From Eledone cirrhosa (taxonomy: Eukaryota), in the NCBI GenBank assembly GCA_964016885.1, contig OZ024740.1:167772001-167836000 (forward strand): DNA of 64,000 nucleotides, given 5' to 3'. The notes under the pieces were generated by a model. It was given only the letters and a program-made list of their open reading frames with translations, was not told the origin of the DNA and searched no databases. The position numbers and the translations under genes were made by a program. Shown piece by piece: positions 1 to 13,009 of the stretch. Within the stretch, counting starts at the first letter, position 1. The number at the start of each line of letters is the position of its first letter.

Positions 1-1330
1 TTCTTAGTTGATGACCTGAAGTTGTATGGGCCAAATATCAATGACATCAAGAAACAATTGGACCTCATTACACATTTTCAACAGACATCAAAATGAAATT
101 TGGTGAGTCCAAGTGTGCATATTTGGCAGTAAAACGTGGAAGAGCTGTGCCCTCCTCTAGAAATCTAGACATGAACGGCCTGACAATACAACCTCTACAG
201 TCAGGTGACAACTACACATATCTTGGACAGGATGAGAATGTCAGATATGATGGACCCATAAATAAGGAGAGAACCAGAACTGAATACCTCAGAAGAGTAA
301 AGAAAATATGGTCATCAGAACTTTCAGCGGACAACAAATACATTGCCCACAATACTTATGCTGTGCCAATTCTAACGCCAACATTTGCCCTGCTGAACTG
401 GTCATTGCAAGAACTAAGTGAGATGGATGTTAGAACTCGCAAACTTCTCAGTGTTACTGGGAACTTTAACATAAATGGTGATGTGGATAGGCTATACTTC
501 TCACGCAAGAAAGGTGGCCGGGGTCTAAAATCCATATTAACATCATATGAGACCCGGATAGTAACACTGAAGCAACATCTTCAACAGAGGAAAAAGGTTG
601 GCAACCATCTTGCCCAGGTTTATGAGCATGAAAAAAAAATATCATTAGAATAGTCACTGATCTGGAGGAGAGATATGGAATAAAGCCTGATACAAATCTC
701 TCACCCAGAGAAATCGGAAGATCCTATTCAATGTTCAAACAAGATGAAAAAATTGACCAATTTACAGGAAAAGTTGTGCATGGATACTTGAGACGTAAAA
801 CACAGACCATAGAGGAAATAAACCACTCAAAAAGCCTGGCATGGAGTTCCGACAAGTTTATGACATCACACCTTGAGGGATATCTCTATGCAATACAGGA
901 ACAAGAACTCCCTACCAAATATCTGCTGCACAAAAGGGGAGGGCCATCAGCTGACAATAAATGTAGGCTATGTAAAACAAAGATCGAGGATGTAAGCCAC
1001 ATTGTTGCCAGCTGCGAAAGAATGTCATCTCGCTACTACCTCCCCATGAGACACGATGGTATAGCTAGAACCATCTAGAACGCACATCGGAAAACAAAAT
1101 TAACAACAAACGAGGGAGAATATATTGAGACAGATGGCACTAAGGAATACTGGTGGAACCTGAAAATAAAAACTGCCAACAAAATAATTCATAGTCTACA
1201 AATGGCTGCGATAGCTGGCACCTTCAATATTTGCAAAACATTCTTGCGATTCATGGGATGACAATTTCTTTTCTTTTACAACCTTGCCACCAGGAAGGTG
1301 GCCGGTCAAAAAAATATACTAGAAATTAAG
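1..1330 (+). mobile_element. 3' part of an R4/Dong-like non-LTR retrotransposon (RT C-terminal half, CCHC knuckle, truncated restriction-like endonuclease), disrupted
   Basis: Motifs in order: (F)LVDDLKLY, KFGESKC, YTYLG, RLYFSRKKGGRGL, CRLCKTKIEDVSHIVASC, RHDGIA, LQMAAIAGTFNICKTFL*. Frameshifts and stops near 90, 653 and 1078. Confidence 0.85.
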
Positions 1331-1353
1331 AGAAAGAGATAACATACACACAT

Positions 1354-1944
1354 GGTGGCTGCCAACTCGTTTTCGAGTACGGCCACTACTTTATATCCAT
1401 GTAGGAGAAACCCTACCGATGCGCTGAACAAGTGTGATTTTTAGTCCAGCCAGCGACTTGAAAACTCTGGTACAAACACTACACCTGTGACAATTATTGA
1501 CACATAGTGCTGGGCCCATGGTACCATGTGACGACAAGTGCAGAGAGATCTCCAGATATAAAGCAATGCCTGTGCCGTGAAGCTTTTATAGTGAGCAAAG
1601 GCACTGCACAAAGCCAGTCCCACTCTCTTAACCAAGATGATATTTACCAAAAAGAAGAACAAGTCAACATCATTGGATACCATCAGGGTTGCAGGTGTTA
1701 TATCAGAGTTTTCCTTCTCCTAGAATTCTGCCATGATAAAGGCTAACGGGTCATCTCTCCCGGTGATTTTGGATGGCCATTGACTCTTAAGAGCTCCTTT
1801 GCCCTGTGACAGGTTTTGTTTTTAGTCCTGCAGGATGTCCAAAGTCACCCTCCTCACCAAGAAACCTTGGTGGGGTTGCCAGTTTAGTCGCCAACGACCC
1901 GACCATGGGACAGGTTGTACTGGGATACATGTTACCAGTAGCAC
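1354..1944 (-). mobile_element. ~600-bp bipartite non-autonomous RTE-derived element, copy 1 (slightly 5'-truncated)
   Basis: Reverse complement of 35333-35946 and 35978-36586. Carries an APE-like remnant and a C-terminal C2H2 finger. Flanked by CA/TACA microsatellite. Confidence 0.75.
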
Positions 1945-2289
1945 CATACATACATACATAAGCTCACGTGTGCATATATGCATTATGAGTATATATCATT
2001 TACTGCCACTGTTTGTATGTTTATGGTTATGTAATCAAACAGACCAAGCATTGTATTATGCTCTATAAATGTGTTTTATTTATTCAGCCGCTCGTGTGTG
2101 TGATGCTGTACGATGATGCCTGTATATATATGTTCAGAGAACGTGTATTTTATGCCTGTGTGTGAATGTGTCTTTGTAGGTGTGTATATATATATATATA
2201 TATATATATTGAGTCGCCAAGTATGAATGAAAATTGTAGAAATTTGGTTTAATTCTACAAATTGCTACAAATTTTATACTTGAAGACCC

Positions 2290-2290
2290 A

Positions 2291-2337
<47 letters not shown>

Positions 2338-2486
2338 TACACGCGCATACACAGACACATACACACACACACACACATACGCACACATACACACACACAC
2401 ACATTTTTATATATATATAAATACATTTATATATATATAAATATATAATAATAATAATATTATTTGTGTAATTTATAAGTATATAT

Positions 2487-2537
<51 letters not shown>

Positions 2538-2603
2538 CTCTCTATATATAAATATATAATAATAATAATATTATTTGTGTAATTTATAAGTATATATATA
2601 TTG

Positions 2604-2666
<63 letters not shown>

Positions 2667-2892
2667 GTATTTACATACATACATACATACATACTACCGA
2701 GCGACAGAGAGACAGGCATACTTATATATAAAAATATGTGTGCGGTTGCGTGTGTGTATATGTGTATGTGTGTGTATGTATATATATATATATATATATA
2801 TACACATGCTTAAGTGTGTGAGTTTCTCACTCTCTCTCTCTCTCTCTCTCACTCTCTCTCTCTCTCTGTGCCCGCGCGCGTCAGTGTGTGTC

Positions 2893-2935
<43 letters not shown>
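2290..2935. repeat. Compound (TA)n/(CA)n/(CT)n/(TG)n microsatellite block
   Basis: Directly visible; includes a duplicated AATAATATTATTTGTGTAATTTATAAG unit. Confidence 0.95.
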
Positions 2936-2938
<3 letters not shown>

Positions 2939-3097
2939 ACCGCTTCCAAGTATTCTGCCAACTATTATTAGTCGGAGAAGTATTCATTCCTCCGGAACCG
3001 GGAACACACTTGTGTACTTTATGTGGCGATAAAAGGAATTCAGTTAATTCATCCTCATCTAAAGCTACAGTTCTTCATGGGATGAGGGGGGGGGGTG

Positions 3098-3218
3098 AAG
3101 AAGAAGAAGAAGAAGAAGAAGAAGAAGAAGAAGAAGAAGAAGAAGAAGAAGAAGAAGAAAGAGAATTGAGACCAATATCAAGCATGGGGAAAGGGGAGAG
3201 AGAGTCATAAAATGAATT

Positions 3219-3258
<40 letters not shown>

Positions 3259-3259
3259 C

Positions 3260-3304
<45 letters not shown>

Positions 3305-3324
3305 AGTAGTAGTGATAGTAGTAA

Positions 3325-3390
<66 letters not shown>
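3098..3390. repeat. (GAA)n and (CAG)n/(TAG)n trinucleotide repeats
   Basis: Directly visible; source of the poly-E and poly-S ORFs. Confidence 0.95.
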
Positions 3391-3634
3391 AGGGGGCTAT
3401 GCGAGAGGTTGGGGGTGGAAATCAGTTGAAAGAGAGAGGAGGGGGTGTGAGCCAGTGTGCAATCATGGTGGATATCATATCTAAGGATTTATTAGCTCAA
3501 CATAGCCGTTTATTTCTAAAACCAATGAATGTTTTGTAATTTGATTAATAGTGTTTACGTGTGTATGTCGTTTATGAGTGGACTAGCAAGCATTTACATA
3601 TTTACATACTCACATACAAGAACACACACACGAT

Positions 3635-3659
<25 letters not shown>

Positions 3660-3665
<6 letters not shown>

Positions 3666-3787
3666 TTACATAAATGCATACATAACTACACACACATACG
3701 TATATATATATATATATATATACATAAATGCATACATAACTACACATACAAAGATATACACATACCTACATATAACTCTATACGTAA

Positions 3788-3829
<42 letters not shown>

Positions 3830-4031
3830 GTATATATATATATATATATATATACATAAATGCATACATAACTACACATACAAAGATATACACATACCTA
3901 CATATAACTCTATACGTAACCACACACACACACACACACACACACATACGTATATATATATATATACATAAATGCATACATAACTACACATACAAAGATA
4001 TACACATACCTACATATAACTCTATACGTAA

Positions 4032-4095
<64 letters not shown>

Positions 4096-4332
4096 GTGTA
4101 TATATATATATATACATAAATGCATACATAACTACACATACAAAGATATACACATACCTACATATAATTCTATACGTAACCACACACACACACACACACA
4201 TACGTATATTATATATACATAAATGCATACATAACTACACATACGTATATATATATATATATATATACATAAATGCATACATAACTACACATACAAAGAT
4301 ATACACATACCTACATATAACTCTATACGTAA

Positions 4333-4402
<70 letters not shown>

Positions 4403-4680
4403 GTATATATATATATATACATAAATGCATACATAACTACACATACAAAGATATACACATACCTACATATAACTCTATACGTAACCACACACACCCACAC
4501 ACACACATACGTATATATATATATATATACATAAATGCATACATAACTACACATACAAAGATATACACATACCTACATATAATTCTATACGTAACCACAC
4601 ACACACACACACACATACGTATATTATATATACATAAATGCATACATAACTACACATACGTATATATATATATATATATA
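3660..4680. repeat. Minisatellite: TACATAAATGCATACATAACTACACATACAAAGATATACACATACCTACATATAACTCTATACGTAAC plus variable (CA)n(TA)n, about 10 full or partial units
   Basis: Unit recurs every ~50-170 bp; an inverted copy lies at ~4780-4880. Confidence 0.9.
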
Positions 4681-5489
4681 TGGAGTTGCGACCGATAGAG
4701 AGTATTAGCAATTGGAAAGACCAACGGAAACATTGTTTCCTCGGTCCGATTTGACGAAAGTCGATCGACTTATATATATATATATATGTATATGTGTGTG
4801 TGTGTGTGTAGTTATGTATAGAGTTATATGTAGGTATGTGTATATCTGTGTATGTGTAGTTATGTATGCAGTTATGTACATGGGCATTACGTGTTTGTAG
4901 GTTTACATTTATGTATGAATTTAGATCATTTCATATGGAAGAATAAACTTATTTATAGTCCAATCATACTCTCTCTCTCTATCTATCTCTCCCTCACACA
5001 CCATACACACACTCTCTGTCTCTCTTTCTCTCTTTTTCTCTCTCTTTCTGTTTATCTATTTATTTATTTATCTATCTACTTATCTCGGTATCTCAATGTT
5101 TGCGTGTGTGTGTGCGTTTCTATCTCTTAGTGTGTTTGTGCATGTATGTGTTTATCAGAATGTTTATATGTATAAATAAAAAAACATACATGTATATATG
5201 TAATTATTTAAGTATATATATATATCCATGTGCATGTATGTAATTGTTTGTTGTGTGTGTCCGATATCAAATACATATTCGTTCGTATTTATAATGAATT
5301 TTTCCATAAAGAATATTGCAAAATAAAAAGAAAAGAAAAAGAAAAAAATAACTATACAATAAGATTTAGTAGCAACATATTTGCAAACAATAGATGAAGC
5401 TGCGAAGAAAACTCTTAGAAGAAATATTTTAGCAAATAATTGCAATGAAAGAACGTCTGGTTTTACATTACAATAAAATATCTGTTAAA

Positions 5490-5890
5490 CTGACCGTAAC
5501 ATAAGTTTCGGATTCCATTTCAACTTGGATCCATAACTGGTTGGAATGGAATGGACCTCCGTCAGTTTTAACGATGACTGATTCAGTTCAACGAAATGGA
5601 CTGCTTGTTAAATCAATGCGTAATTGAATGAGCATTCTACTGAAACATCTATATTTAACAGTTTTCAATGAGATTCAATGTGACTTAGTGAGTGTTAAAA
5701 CAGGTCTTTTGAGGTAGAGATGCACCCCGCCCGACGGCTTTCTAAAAGGTTTCCCTTAACCGAATTCCACTGACAAGGCTTGGGTTGACACGCGACTATG
5801 GTGAACGACACTTATCTAAGTTGTCAATAGGTAGCAGGGGATCTGATACTTAATGATTGCAAAGTAAACCTCTTAACCATTCGGCCAGCG
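5490..5890. mobile_element. Two adjacent, degenerate SINE-like relics
   Basis: 5490-5710 resembles 43150-43265 and ~33500-33550; 5735-5890 resembles 45285-45450 and, in reverse, 19975-20060. Confidence 0.45.
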
Positions 5891-6266
5891 TCTATCCATT
5901 TTGCAGCAATAAATAGAAATTATTTTTTTCGGCAAAAGTATCTTTTTTCGAATTCTCTACACATTTTTATGGTTGGTTTAATCCCAGATCCACCACGTGC
6001 TAGTATCCCTACGCTCAAAAACCTTCCAGTTGTGACTATCCCGCTTCTTTAGTTGTATATAAAGATATATTATCTAATGTGTTTTATTATTTATGAAAGA
6101 CAATCAGGTGTGATTTAGCTTCTTTTCTTCAAGCTGGGAGTAAGGTTGTATGGACACCAAGTAGTAAAATAGGTTCTGTTTTTATGTAAAGCGCGTAAAT
6201 ATTTTAGAGGTTAATGACACTGGCTTTAGTTTTGTTATAAATCTACTTTTTTGTTATAAATCTACT

Positions 6267-8497
6267 TTAGCTACCAGTTCCTTTTCGTTTTTTTTCTAAA
6301 GCTACTTCCTTGGTAAATGCTATCAATTCTATTCTAATTGCTCTCTTTAGAGAGCTCCACCACCTGTTGTTGACGATCGCCCCCGTCAACTGACACTTAA
6401 CTAAGGTGCTAATCCGTTTACTGTAGGCCTTACGCGCCGGAAGCGACATGTTTAGCTTCCAGTATCCGGGTCCCTGTCTATGTGTTCTATCAATGTTGAC
6501 TACGTAGGTGACTAATTTGTGGTCTGAATAGGCAACCGTGTGCATTTGTGGACAGCTTCATGTGTCCTTATCTTTCTTTCTAATTAAAAGTCTATCTAAA
6601 TACGATCGAGAAGACCCAGTACGGTTGCTCCACGTCCACAGTGGTGCACTTGGGAAATCTAGTCGATATCTATCAGACAGTTGGAATTGGCTGATGAGAT
6701 TTTTTAGGTTATTACACCCCCTCTGTTATCCCAAGCTCCTACATAGTCCTAACGTGCATTTAATATGCCATTCCAGTCCCCCGCTAACACTAAGGAGCGA
6801 GACGTTCCCAAGAATGGCGCCAGACGCTTGAAGAACTATGGTCGCGATGTCCCAGTCGGGGTATATACGGCCACCAGGCTGAAAGCGCCACCTTCACTAC
6901 CTTTCACGTCCAGGACCACCAAGCTTCCCTCCGGGTCCAAGTGAATCGTTTGTGCTTTGAGATCCAATTTTTTTCGAAACAGAACAGCAACTCTCTCTCC
7001 ACCTCCTGGCTGACAGAGAGATGCGTAGATCTCAAAGTCATCGAACATGGGCGTTAGCTGCTGTCTGTCGTGAATCCTGGACTCGGTGATGGCTATCACA
7101 TCTATACAATGTGACCTGAGGTCATTTAAAAGCTGACCCTGTTTCCAGGTGAAGAAGAGTTAGGGAGAGAAAATGCGGGAACACTTACCTTTTCGTTTCC
7201 TGGAGGTCGGGTTGTTCGATTTCCATGTCCAGATTGGGGGTGTTTGGGGAGGGAGGGAATCCTTTTAGCAGGACACGGCTAAGGGTTTTTTGGCAGGGTC
7301 AGGGGGACACATCACGTGGGAAGGTCCCTTTCAATGTTTCATGTTGTAGGGTTGTTACCCTGATCAGTTTGAGGTGTAGGGGTGGGTCGTTGGTGGGGAA
7401 GGTTTTCCCTTCCATTTGGATAGTAGAGTCCTTTCGGACAGTGTCTACCAATTCTTTGTTTGTTGTTTTTATGTATGTGTAATGTGTTTTGTTTTTTATG
7501 CGTGCTGTTTCTGTTTGTAGTTTTCTTTTTGTGGTTGGGGTTTGTGATTGTGGTGGTGTGGGTGTTTGTTTTGTTGGTGAAGTGTTTGGTTGTGTTGGTG
7601 GTGATTATGTTGTTGATGTGTTTGTAATTTGTGGCGGTGTGTTTATGGTGGGGTTGGGTGTGTGCGTGTTTTCTGTAGATGTTTTTTGTTTTTGTGTTTT
7701 TTCTTGTCTCTTTTGTTTCTTGGATTTTTGGGCTTCCGCTTCATTTTCACTTGGAGATATAGAGGTTCCCGTGTCTGAGACTCTGAATCAAGTGTAGATG
7801 GGAGGGGTATGTTGTGTGGTGGAGTGTTTGTGCAGGTGTTTGTGGAAGTATTTGACAGGGAGAGAGGAGGCAATGGAGGGTTTTTCAGTGGGATTTTGTG
7901 TGTGGTTGTCTCTGGTCTGTGGTGGTGTGGGAGTGGATGTTGCAGGTTTTTGTGTTGTGTTTGGTTTGGGGTGTTGATGTTGGGGTTTTGGTGTTGGTAA
8001 TAAGACCTTGTTTATCCTCCGTTTGTTTAAGAGAGGGCAAAAGGCCTTTAAGTGTGTGGTTTTCCCACACTTATGGCACTGAGGTATTTTCCACTAGTAA
8101 GTCACGTGTTCAATTGCTTACAAGCAGCTGAAGCTTGCTCCGCTTCTAAATGTTCAGGCGATAATGTTGGCATTCCTTTGTCCATGTCTGAAACTACCTG
8201 CTGGTCAAGTAGGCATGGCTTTCCCTTCCCATCTTCTTGTATTGACAAAGAAGTAAGTGCCTTTGCTTCGGCCATGCTTTAAAAATTGCAAAAGTATTTT
8301 CGAAAATATGTTGGATGTTTTTGCTCTGAGGGGCACGATATTTTGGAAGACTGACCAGATCAAAATTTGACCTGTCAGTCCCTCTACACATTGGTATAAA
8401 AATAAAAGTTCACAATGACGAATTTCTAAAGAAATTTAAACAAAACTTACCGAGCAAGTTTAACACATGTGTCCATCCCAAATAGACAGATAGATAA

Positions 8498-8582
<85 letters not shown>

Positions 8583-8880
8583 GTAAAAAATAGCGAACAT
8601 TTTAGGAAAGGAGGTCGCACCTGTTGGTAAGGCGCAGTGGTCAAAGTGAGGTGAAAATTGGTAAGAAGGGACGGAATATAGATGAGGAAAGGGGAAGATA
8701 ATTGGGGGGAAATGAAAATCGAGATGGAAAAGTGATGAAGTTTGGCAGTGAAAATGGGAAGAGTCAAAAGCAGAAAGAAAGTTCATGAGAGTTTATTAAA
8801 CTCTCTATAGGGGAGGAATTCCTTGACTAAACGTAAGATGAGGACTGTTTATAGAATATTTATGGTTGAGAAGCGGAGGG
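6267..8880 (-). mobile_element. 5' portion of an L1/Tx1-clade LINE (5'UTR, ORF1 remnants, APE endonuclease of ORF2), 3' part missing
   Basis: APE motifs IDVIAITESR, VAVLF, LVAVYTPTG, SDHKLV and the Tx1/L1-typical GPGYWKLN. Thr/Pro/His-rich ORF1-like remnants at 7200-8400. The 5' boundary is approximate. Confidence 0.8.
8491..8582. repeat. (GATA)n microsatellite
   Basis: Directly visible. Confidence 0.95.
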
Positions 8881-10493
8881 AATTGGGATTCGAAAATTTT
8901 GTAGAGATCCTTTTAGCGACGGACCAGCAAGGTAGTCTGGGGCTGTACGGTGTACTAAAGCAATTTTCGCGGCTCGTAAAATTATCCACACTGTTATTTG
9001 TATATGAGATATTTACCCCGGAAGGATTAAGTGCAAACTCGACCCTTGAATTCAGAACCGCATTTTTTCTGACGCTCTACTGATTTTGCCAATCATGGTC
9101 ATCAACTAGTATTATTATTCAGTTATCATAATTATGAACTACTATGCGCTACACATCTCCTAAGATGGTTTTATCATACCCTCGGATTGACGCAAGTTTT
9201 GTCGGTGCAATTTTGTTGATTGTGAATAAACTACTTCATAAGGTGGTAGAACTCAAGAAAGGAATATCCCTAGCAATTTAAAAAACAAAAATAATTGTTT
9301 CTAATTCAAAAATAATTAAATCTATTACATCGACACCAGTCTTTGACTGATACAGTAACTTATCATCCGCCAAAGAATCTTTAAAACAAAATCAAACAAA
9401 TAAATATTGTATATTTTGTCATAATGTCTGGTGAAAATATGATGAATTAAAAGAAAATTTTCGCCAGGAATATTTAGAAATTTAGCCGAAAATTTCAAGG
9501 ACAATCAATGTAAAGCCATTTAAAAGATGTTAGTAAAACAGACACAATAAAGATTCTGATTTTGTACATATTCATTTTTTATGGATGTATTTGAAGGTCG
9601 GATCAGTGCTCAGGACTTTGGCAGGCCTTTCGAAACTACTGAAACTTATGGGGGGGGGGGGGTTAATATTGAACATTAAATATCTGTAAATTAACGACTC
9701 AAGACAAAACGACGGCAGGGAAGAAATTCCAGAAATTCTCCCGGTTAAAACTAAGTACGATTAAGCATATTAGTAATTACGTAGCCCATGACATGGACAA
9801 CAACAATATGTTTAACGAGAAGTGGTGATAAAGTGTGTTTGGGGTGATAGGGTGAAGGCAATATGCAACTAGCTAGTTCTGATGAAATTATAATTCATAT
9901 TAAAATAACTCAGAAAATAAGCTTCTATTAAAATATTTCTATTTGCTATAGTTTACCAATATGTAGAATTAGCTACAAAAAAAAATTAGACAGAAAGCTT
10001 ACTCTAGCTAGGCATTAAATTGATTGAGAAATAAAGAGAAAGTTCGTTTATACTTCCTGATATTGATTTTTGCACGAACGAAAATATAGAAAAAATATAA
10101 TTTATTTCCCATTTATTTATTATTATCATTAACATGATAAAAATAATATCCTCGTTCAATTCATTTCTTGTTCCAAGACACATATTTATTACACAATAAT
10201 AGATTATATTCTCTATGGAAATTGCAATGTGTATTTTTTATTATATGTCTTGTCATTATTCGTATTTATATCGAATGACAAGGGCTAACGTTATATATAT
10301 AATTTATCTATGTAGAATATCACAAACTATTGTTGAGAAGTATTGTTCAGTATCTACTAACATTGATAAGTAAACTATATACTTTGGCCAATCATCGTAG
10401 TACGGTGTAATTCCATGTATCTAAAATATAGAGATTGAAGATTCACGGAGAATTATATCAATATATATCGGTAAAGCATGGAACAAATTACAT

Positions 10494-10982
10494 TGTCAGC
10501 TTATCTCCCTGTGTTTGTTGAAAAAAGAAGTAAGTGACATAGTCACTACTTTAAAACAATAGCGTAAGGTCTTCAAAATGCTTTTAACTAGGCATACAGT
10601 GTATTGCCAAATACACTATATATACATTCATATATACATCGCTATTTCACAGCACCAATTCTAATTTTCAATTTTGCTGGACCGGCAACCGCTCTGTATA
10701 ATCAGTTCCTGATTATTACTGGAATTCTATAAGAATCCAACATTCATAATTTTCAACAGACAAGGGGAGTGCTAAGCTCTGAGGAATACCAACAGTATGA
10801 AACAGAGATCTGTCAGCTTATCTCCCTTTGTTTGTTGAAAAAAGAAGTAAGTGACATAGTCACTACTTTAAAACAATAGCGTAAGGTCTTCAAAATGCTT
10901 TTAATTAAGCATACAGTGTATTGCCAAATACACTATATATACATTCATATATGCATCGCTATTTCAGAGCACCAATTCTAAT
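10494..10982 (+). mobile_element. Partial-tandem HHR-bearing unit (period 317 bp), Penelope-pLTR/retrozyme-like
   Basis: 10494-10664 is repeated at 10811-10982, followed by (TA)n; an HHR spans the junction. Confidence 0.75.
10773..10820 (+). ncRNA. Type I hammerhead ribozyme
   Basis: TAAGCT-CTGAGGA-ATAC(CAACA)GTAT-GAAA-CAG(AGAT)CTG-TC^AGCTTA: intact core, all three stems, GUC site. Confidence 0.85.
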
Positions 10983-11799
10983 ATATATATATATTAAAAT
11001 AATAGATTGAAGTTCAAGCAAAGAATTGCTGCTTTCACCCTTAATGGTAAGCTCCAGAATCCAAAGAACTGGTGGTAGCGTGTGTCACAAACAGTTTATA
11101 GGAGATCTCATGCGAATGTTTGTGAGGGAGCTTAGATTCTAATATTCTGTAAGGTTGTGCTACGTCTGAGATTTTGGAAATGAGAGATCGTAATGATATT
11201 TCGTGGGCTGTGGGCAAGTAAATGACGATGGAATTATGTAGGAAGTGAGGAAAAAGACTGATAGAAGTATCATGAGAAGTAAAAAAGTATGGGAGGCGGG
11301 GGCGTGATAATCGAAGTGTCAGCATTTCGGAGATATCTAACCTAAAGTGAGCCAATCAATTAACCGAGGTAAAATGAAATGATGAAGAGTTCAAGCAAAG
11401 ACAGACAGGGAAACATAACTGGAAATAGAATAGCAACCCCACTTAGATGAATGAGTTATGGACAAAGTCATACATATGACATCTTTAATTTCAAGTGAGC
11501 GAATTATTTAGCAAGGTGCAGCAGTAGTAAAAGAGTAAAAAGTGCTATAGCAAGGACTACTTATTAGATATAATTAAAATAAGAATAACTGAGATACCAA
11601 GTGTTGCAATATTTGCTTTTAACTTTAGTATAAATCTTCACGCGTCAGTATTTCCGTTCAGTTACTGTTCTTGATCATTAGTAGGATTACTCTCTTTTAT
11701 TTCCTTTTATCTATTTATTATTACATTTTATTTTATTTTATTTTTGGGGACCACAAATACCCGGAGAGAAACATACACACATTACCAGACACACATTAC

Positions 11800-11973
11800 C
11801 AGACCTCTCAACACTCCCCGTCGGACGGGGGTGATCTCCCACCCACTTTAGGATGTGTGAGAGATGTATTCTCTTGTGAAAATGGAGATAGTTATATTAT
11901 GTAAAATGTCCCCATTTTGCTTTATTTATAGTTTTGTACTCGCCGTTTGGGTTTTTAGAGATTGGCAAGTCTG
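11800..11973. mobile_element. MITE-like element, copy 1
   Basis: Termini CAGACCTCTCAA...TTGGCAAGTCTG; homologous to 43669-43899. No clear TSD. Confidence 0.6.
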
Positions 11974-12364
11974 CGTATATATCTATACAGTCATACAAGA
12001 AAAAAAACAACTCCATGTATATATATAGATATCCGTATAACCACTCTCTTATGTATTCTCTTTTAAGATAGTGACACTGATTTCTATCAATCATCTTTCA
12101 GGTGTTTTAAAAAGCCGAAGTTTGCTAATTATTTCTTAATTTGAAAGAGTGTTTAGTTAAACAAACATAATCTCCAGAAACTCAGTTATTAGTTGAAAAT
12201 AAGTTCGAAACATGTTAATTAAATAAATGAAAGTTAGCACTAATGTAATTGCCCAAAGTGAGATTGTATGGGAGTAGCAGATATAAGTGTGTGTGTGGGG
12301 GGGGGGGATCCTCTAGAGACTAATCAGGCAATTCTAATTGTCCGACGAGTATCAATTAAAATTC

Positions 12365-12715
12365 CCCAATGCGCCCGTGTGGACGTGGACCTGGACCGAC
12401 CGAATAGGTTTTGCCGTTGGTCAGTACATAAGGATATCGTAGGGGGTTATGTATTCAGATTAAAAGTGCGGGATCTGCATGGAGGAGATGAAGCTAGTCA
12501 AATACCGGGGCCTGGCCGACCGCTTCCTCCTTGTACTAGTCTCCGTCGAGACCTCTGGCGTCCTTGGTCCCCACACTGCTGATTTCCTCCGTAAGATCAA
12601 AAAGCCGGCGACCTGTTTAAGGAGGGTACCTGTGAGGTGGGATGACTGTTGTAGCGGATGTCTCGGGCCATTCTCCGCTTTACTTGATTTGTCTGCGGGG
12701 CGCTGCTGAAGCCCC
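12365..12715 (+). mobile_element. 3' fragment of a CRE-like (restriction-like endonuclease) retrotransposon
   Basis: EEMKLVKYRGLADRFLLVLVSVETSGVLGPHTADFLRKI matches the RLE C-terminal pattern E..K..KY......F.P..VET.G.WG; GC-rich island. Confidence 0.7.
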
Positions 12716-13009
12716 GCTCAGACTGTAGTATAGTTACTATCACCCCTTCTCTCTTTCTTTCGTTACTTGGTCCTTCTTTCCTTTTGTTTTTTCCCCTTTT
12801 CGTATCCTTTTCTTTTTTTCTTCTTTTTTAGTTCTCTTTAAAAATGTATTTTGTTTTTCTTACATATTGCTCAACATGTACGTGCATTTTACATTGATTA
12901 ATAAAAGATTTCGAGGATGGTTCTGGAATAAAGAACTAACTTAACAAACAACACATACTAGTTTTCAAGTTTGGAAGTAATATCAACTAAAAAAGTATTG
13001 GCTTTTGTC

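Noticed and set aside
1441-1746. 80-aa and 79-aa ORFs conserved in three places
   Set aside because: The conservation reflects recent copies of one repeat; the meaningful remnants (APE, C2H2) are mostly in other, broken frames.
2134-4900. Many ORFs rich in YI, CV and HT dipeptides (also 13.7k, 17k, 20.5k, 21.7k, 22.5k, 35.1k, 58.8k)
   Set aside because: Translations of stop-free dinucleotide and tetranucleotide microsatellites.
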